Assembly: GCF_009914755.1 (NCBI RefSeq)
Contig: NC_060940.1
DNA from: the human T2T-CHM13v2.0 reference genome, Homo sapiens
Length of the DNA stretch: 64,000 nt
Reading direction: 5' to 3' (one strand)
Shown: piece after piece, positions 58,831 through 64,000 of the stretch
Position numbering within the stretch: position 1 is the stretch's first letter
How the letters are laid out: every line of letters starts with the position of its first letter
The notes under the pieces: model-generated
Seen by the model: the letters and a program-made list of their open reading frames with translations, nothing else
Told to the model about the DNA's origin: nothing
Database searches by the model: none
Position numbers and translations under genes: made by a program

Positions 58831-61469
58831 CTGTACTGTATATAGGAGTAACACAAATGTTCAACCATCTTCTCCAACTTCAATGAGACAGAATTCACCT
58901 ATGTTATTATCTCTGTGGACTTAAATTTCAGCCTGTTTTCTTATTTTCAAAACGCTTATATTTTATCTACTCAGAGAGTTTTGAAGATTAAATGCTATTA
59001 AGACTATGTAAGGTTTTATAAATTGAAAAGTAAGACTTTAGCTCATGCTTTTATTCATTCTCTCTTTGTTCAGATCCAGCTTCCTTTAAACATCTTGGAT
59101 CTTGGCTCTCGTTTATCCCTTGATTTTTCTTGTTATCTTTCAATTTTGCTGAGAAAATATAAGGAAAAATAGTTCTCTCAAAACCTTATTGTCTGGAGAC
59201 CATTGGTATGCAAGAATTTTTTTTTGGTCTATTTTGGCCCCTTGAGTCTAAAATTCAAAAAGACCTTCCTGCGAAAAGTTATTGGGTAAATTGTACTTTT
59301 GTGACCCTATCAACAAACTTCTCCAAGCAAATGACAGTTTATTATTATGTTTGTCTTTGTCTTTTATACAATTCAGCTCAATTGAGTCAAAACAATGACA
59401 TAATTCAGAAAATATTTATTTTTAATATATGTCAAGTATTTAAATTACCCATTGTTTGAAATAGCTAATTATCTATGAAAGCAGAGGTTCTACTTCGTAC
59501 AGTTCCTATGAAAACCAGACTCACCAGTCATATGAGAGTTTACTATTTTCTTCTGCATCTTTCTAGTTAAAGGGAAAGATGGGTGGATGCATTAAGGAGT
59601 AATTGAGGCTGAGGAATAAGTGGGAAGGAAAAAAATCAAGGGACAATTTCAGAAAGTTTCAAAGTAGTTAAAAAGGTGAATGCTTAATCTCTGAAAGCAT
59701 AAGTCTATGTAGGGAATTTTGTATATTTTATAATTTATCATTTTAAATAAAAAGATTTAATGAAAAGTAAGATACTAAGATTTACAAGTTCTCACGTGGA
59801 GTGACTTTTAGGAGACTTGTTTTGCTCAACAGTCTCTTTCTGTTTCCTTTCGTGGGAATCATACTGCATGTTAACCTGTATTAAAGGAAGCAGATTAAAG
59901 TGGATGTATGTATATCACGTGTTTTTCGTCTTTCTCTCTATAGCTGGAGGGCTAATAACAACATTCAGTTCAGAATGGGCACTGAATCTCTGCTATGTCT
60001 TTTCGACACCAGAGTGCTTGTTGAACTTGAAAGCAGGAGAAGCCAGGGGAGATTAAATGCATCAGTGAGTGGGGAGAGAACGTGTGATTTCCACGAGATA
60101 CTCAGGCTGGTTTCAGGGCAATTAGTTGTTACCTCAGTGTCCAGAATGTATGTCTGAGGGAAAGAAAGAACTACTTCTGCGTTGTCAGCTGTAAGGAGCC
60201 AGAACGACTGAGGCTATCCCCAACAAGCAACTCCGGCTAAAACACTTCAGTACAGAAGCTATTCACTTACATGATTCAACTAGTATGTGTGTATGTATGT
60301 CTCCTTCACACAACACTTTAGAAATGCAAATTGTATGATAAAAATCAGAGGAAACCATATTGTCATACAAATAAAAGTTGTACTGAAACAAACATAAATT
60401 AGTCTTTTACTTTTGGCCCTAAAATGACTTTCTAAACATATTCATTGCCTTTTACCTTTAGGGATATTTAACTCTAGGCAATTCAACAGTGATTCCCTGA
60501 ATGAGGCCACCTGATCCTCTCCTGTATTAAACTATATATATATGGTTAATGTTTTAATAATTAGTTATACTTATGGTTACATGACAAATACTCAGATTTG
60601 GGGCATTTCCTTATGTGAAGCAGCATCAGTGACAAATAATATTCCATCTTTCTTTTTGTTAAGAGTAATAGAATGTGCAAGAAGGAAACTGCAGGAGAGT
60701 AAAACTGTGTTTTTTTTTCTATGAATCTTTTAATTGTCTTTGAAAGTATCTAGCAGGTCCCCATGCTGTATCTTTTTTTCCCATCAGTATACTAATACCG
60801 ATCTTTACTAGTGTTGGAAGCAATGTCTGACATTTCAAAGAGGTCAGTGAACATATTTATTCTTCCCAAATAAATGATAGTAAAGATTTCATCTACAAAA
60901 AAGAGAAGGTGAAGTAGGGTCATCAGAAAGGTGAAATGCACAAATGACTCCAAATAGATCAAAAGATCTTGCTTGCTCCAGAATGGCATCCCCTCAGTAT
61001 GCTTAGAGTGCAATGAACAGTCATTTGAACATAATTTGATGGAACCAAGTGAGACAGAATTTTACAAAGAGATCTGGATAAATATCAGACTCTTCTCCAA
61101 AGAGAGGTGAGGAATGGAAGGTAGAAAGAGGAGAGGTTTAGAGCACATGGACTTAATTAGTGAGATAAAGTGTGACCAAATCTCCTAACACTTTAACCTT
61201 TAAAAAGAAACAGTGAGTTTGGAAATTAGAAACATCTTGAAATTAGAGAATAAAATGCTTTTTTATGTTCTTAGCTTATGGTTCTCACAGAGAAATGAAT
61301 AACATTCTAGGATTTGGTGTAACTTTCAATGCTGGAATAGTTTCATCATGGCTATGTTGTTTTGTACTGAGCTACATTCTTTGTGATGTCTTTCATAGAA
61401 ATCAAGTATTGGAAGATAGCTTAAAAACAGTAAATCCAATATCTTGCCTACAGGTCCAACCTTCCCCCG

Positions 61470-61552
61470 CTCTTCCTCCTCCTTCTCCTCCTCCTTCTCC
61501 TCCTCCTCCTCCTCCTTCTTCTTCTTCTTCTTCTTCTTCTTATTATTATTAT
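61470..61552. repeat. Compound trinucleotide repeat (CCT)n(CTT)n(TTA)n
   Basis: Direct runs. Confidence 0.95.
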
Positions 61553-61934
61553 TTTGCCTTGTTGACATGGAGAACCTGAAAAGTGAGAAAAAAAAGTGGG
61601 TATGTTTAGAGTTTATAAAGCTAGTAAACCCCTAAAAAATATTATTTAAAATCTATTGTATGTTAAAATGCTAAATTATCAATGACTCTGAGATACTTTG
61701 GTCACTGTATATCTCATGCCTGTATTCAGAACTGTAATATGCACAGCTATTATAGAGAAATTTGGAGCATATGAGAGGGAATGGGATGAAAATACTGTCA
61801 CTGTCGAAAAATCTTCACTGAACCCTTGATTTGGAAAATGGAAAAAAACCTTAAGTCTGAGAAGTAAAAGGGAAGGACACTACAAGTAAAATCAAGACAA
61901 ATTTAAAAAAGAGGGAGATACACACAGATACGTA

Positions 61935-62038
61935 TATAGATAGAGATAGAGAGACAGAGAGAGAGACTGAGGGAGAGAATGTGGGAGGGAGAGGGGAAGA
62001 GAGCAAGGGAGGAAGGAAGGAAGGAAGGAAGGAAAGAA
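61935..62038. repeat. Purine-rich (GA)n/(GGAA)n tract
   Basis: Direct runs. Confidence 0.9.
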
Positions 62039-62704
62039 ATAAGTTAGTTCCTCTCCTGGTAAAATTGGTGAAAATTCAATGATCTGGGAATAAAGAGTAA
62101 GCAAGGTGGGCACATTCTCATTTGACTCATTCCACAATAAGGTTAAGCTTAGGAACTTAGAGGAACTAGACAGAAAACACTACAAGGCTTATGGAAAGCG
62201 GCTGCTCAAAGGATTCTACTTTTGACTTACTCCTCACCTACAGACTCTCTCTCAGCTAGCTCCACCATACACAACATAAATCATTTAGTGGCACGAAGCA
62301 AAGATAGCTTGCTAGACTCACCAAACATTAATTTAGTAGTTTGCTGTATAGTAAACTCTTTATCATTCCTAGAACAAAGCATTCACCTTTATTTCAATAA
62401 TTTTCAGTGTATAAACCCCAAGGAAATGATACACAAGTAAGGAAGTTTGAATAGATGCAAGATTCATAGTAGAAATGGGCAAATAAAAAAATTCAAGGAT
62501 CTACCTGCAGGGACATGGATCTCCAGTAAGTATCAGTATTGGCAACAGACATTGCAGAATAAAAGCCCCATGCCACTTTTTTTTTTTTTTTGGCTTATCA
62601 AGCACAGAATTCCACTCTAGTTCTGATGTAGCTACTGAGTAGCTGACACCAGTATTTGAGTAGTTCTTCTGTTTGCTTCCCTTCCAACTGTAACTTCCCC
62701 AAAT

Positions 62705-63410
62705 TGTGTAGTGGTTACTAACACAGGTTCTGAAATCAGAAGCGTAAGAGTAAATATCATTCTAGTAGCTTAATGAATATGTGGCCTTAGGCAGGCATTA
62801 TTGAACCACAGACTCTTGCTGTCTCTAATAAAATAAGAAGAATAATGTGTGAGTCCAGGTCTTCTGAAAAGCATAAACCAAGCCAGGATTAAATGGAAAA
62901 GGATTATATTATAGAAAATGCCTATCAGAGGAAAAATAGAAAAGAAGGCAGAAAAGACTGGGAGACCTCAGATATGATGCAGAAATGAGAGAGACAGATG
63001 AGGTGGGGTAGCAGCATTATAGATGGCCACGCAGCCCGAGGAAAGTTCAGCAAAGCCGTGAGGGAGTCCTCAAGCTGAAGCTGCTCATCAGAGGAGTCCT
63101 GTGTCTTCCAGGAAAAGGGCTGACTTAGTATTCCTGATGCACACAGTCATTTACAGTGAGCAGTTCATAGAAGGTATGGCCCTGGTACAAAGGTGTGATG
63201 AATTTCAAAGTGTAGCATTTGGAGCTGTCTGCAATTGGAAGTCTGTGAGACACATTGTCTTGGCTATCACAAGGGAACTATTCTTCTCATAGGCAAAGCA
63301 TTAAATACATGTAAGCGTTTAAAATCACAGTGTAAGCACTTAGCAAATATTGGTCATCACTACTACTATTATTACACTACTATTACCATTACAACTATGA
63401 CTACTATTTA
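62705..63410 (+). mobile_element. MIR split by an LTR16-like insertion
   Basis: 5' half 'gtgtagtggttactaacacaggttctgaaatcaga...gtggccttaggcag'; 3' half 'atacatgtaagcgtt...gtaagcacttagcaaatattgg' with (TAC/TAT) tail. Confidence 0.7.
62846..63271 (-). mobile_element. LTR16-like ERVL solo LTR
   Basis: 'gtccaggtcttctgaaaagca...ggaaagttcagcaaagcc..agggagtcctcaagctgaag...agaggagtcctgtgtctt'; ends 'ctatcaca'. Confidence 0.72.
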
Positions 63411-64000
63411 CTGCTATTTGATGTGTCCCATCCATTAGCCATATATGTGACATTATCACTATTAAATAACTGACTTTTTTTCAGAGTGGGATTTAGGTTT
63501 TCATCCCTCTTGGGAGCACCTAGTATAGGACTCTGAAATATTCTTTTTCCTGGTACCTTGAGTTATAGAACACACAAACAAGAAATCTGCTTATATATTG
63601 ATAGAGAATGGACACAAAGAAACAAGATCGTCATAACTGGAACGGGAATCAAAATTGCATTTGACGAAGGGAACCCCTGATATGGATTTCCCTGAAGCCC
63701 ACTCACTGAAGAAGGGAATCGGTATTCTACAAAGGCACTTTAGACTTTAAATAAAATGTTGGACAATTTGTCAAACATTATCCAATTTTTAAATATTTCT
63801 TAAGAAAGTAAAATGGTTATCTTTAACTTTTTTGTAAATATTTATTCTTTTTTTATCATTTGTTTCACTGCAGAAAGAAAAACACAGTTTGCCAGAACTC
63901 ATATCTAAGGATAAAATATTTCTAAACATTTGTAAGAGTTATTTAGATTTTAGTACACTAAATAAAAAATAAAAACCTTTAGATCTTCACAAAATAATCA

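Noticed and set aside
60780-61112. Exon-like unique segment ending in GAG|GTGAGG
   Set aside because: No sustained + strand ORF or recognisable protein similarity; cannot be supported without transcript data.
61265-61635. Poly-Pro/Ser and poly-Glu/Lys ORFs
   Set aside because: Translations of the trinucleotide repeat.

Overview
This is AT-rich, CpG-poor primate genomic DNA, most likely human or another hominoid (AluY and L1PA2 are present). I find no host protein-coding gene, rRNA, tRNA or CRISPR array; the long ORFs derive from LINE-1 ORF2, HERV-L gag/pol or Alu/simple repeats. The window is a stratified transposon archive. It holds a near full-length HERV-L provirus with two MLT2A1-type LTRs (50450-57108), four L1PA insertions (three with twin-priming 5' inversions), a long L1MA-type element, five to seven Alu/monomer copies, many MaLR/ERVL solo LTRs, and MIR, L2 and MER33 relics. 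I see no credible new biological 'system'. The best second-look items are: (1) an L1-in-L1 insertion with an inversion and an apparent ~85-bp 3' transduction, (2) an old ~225-bp inverted duplication at 30.3-31.1 kb, (3) the HERV-L 5' LTR with a DUX4-like motif, a GTAAGT donor and a palindromic AT array, and (4) a CpG-retaining E-box cluster at ~59.8-60.2 kb. Subfamily names come from recalled consensus motifs, not from a database run, and boundaries of old repeats are approximate.
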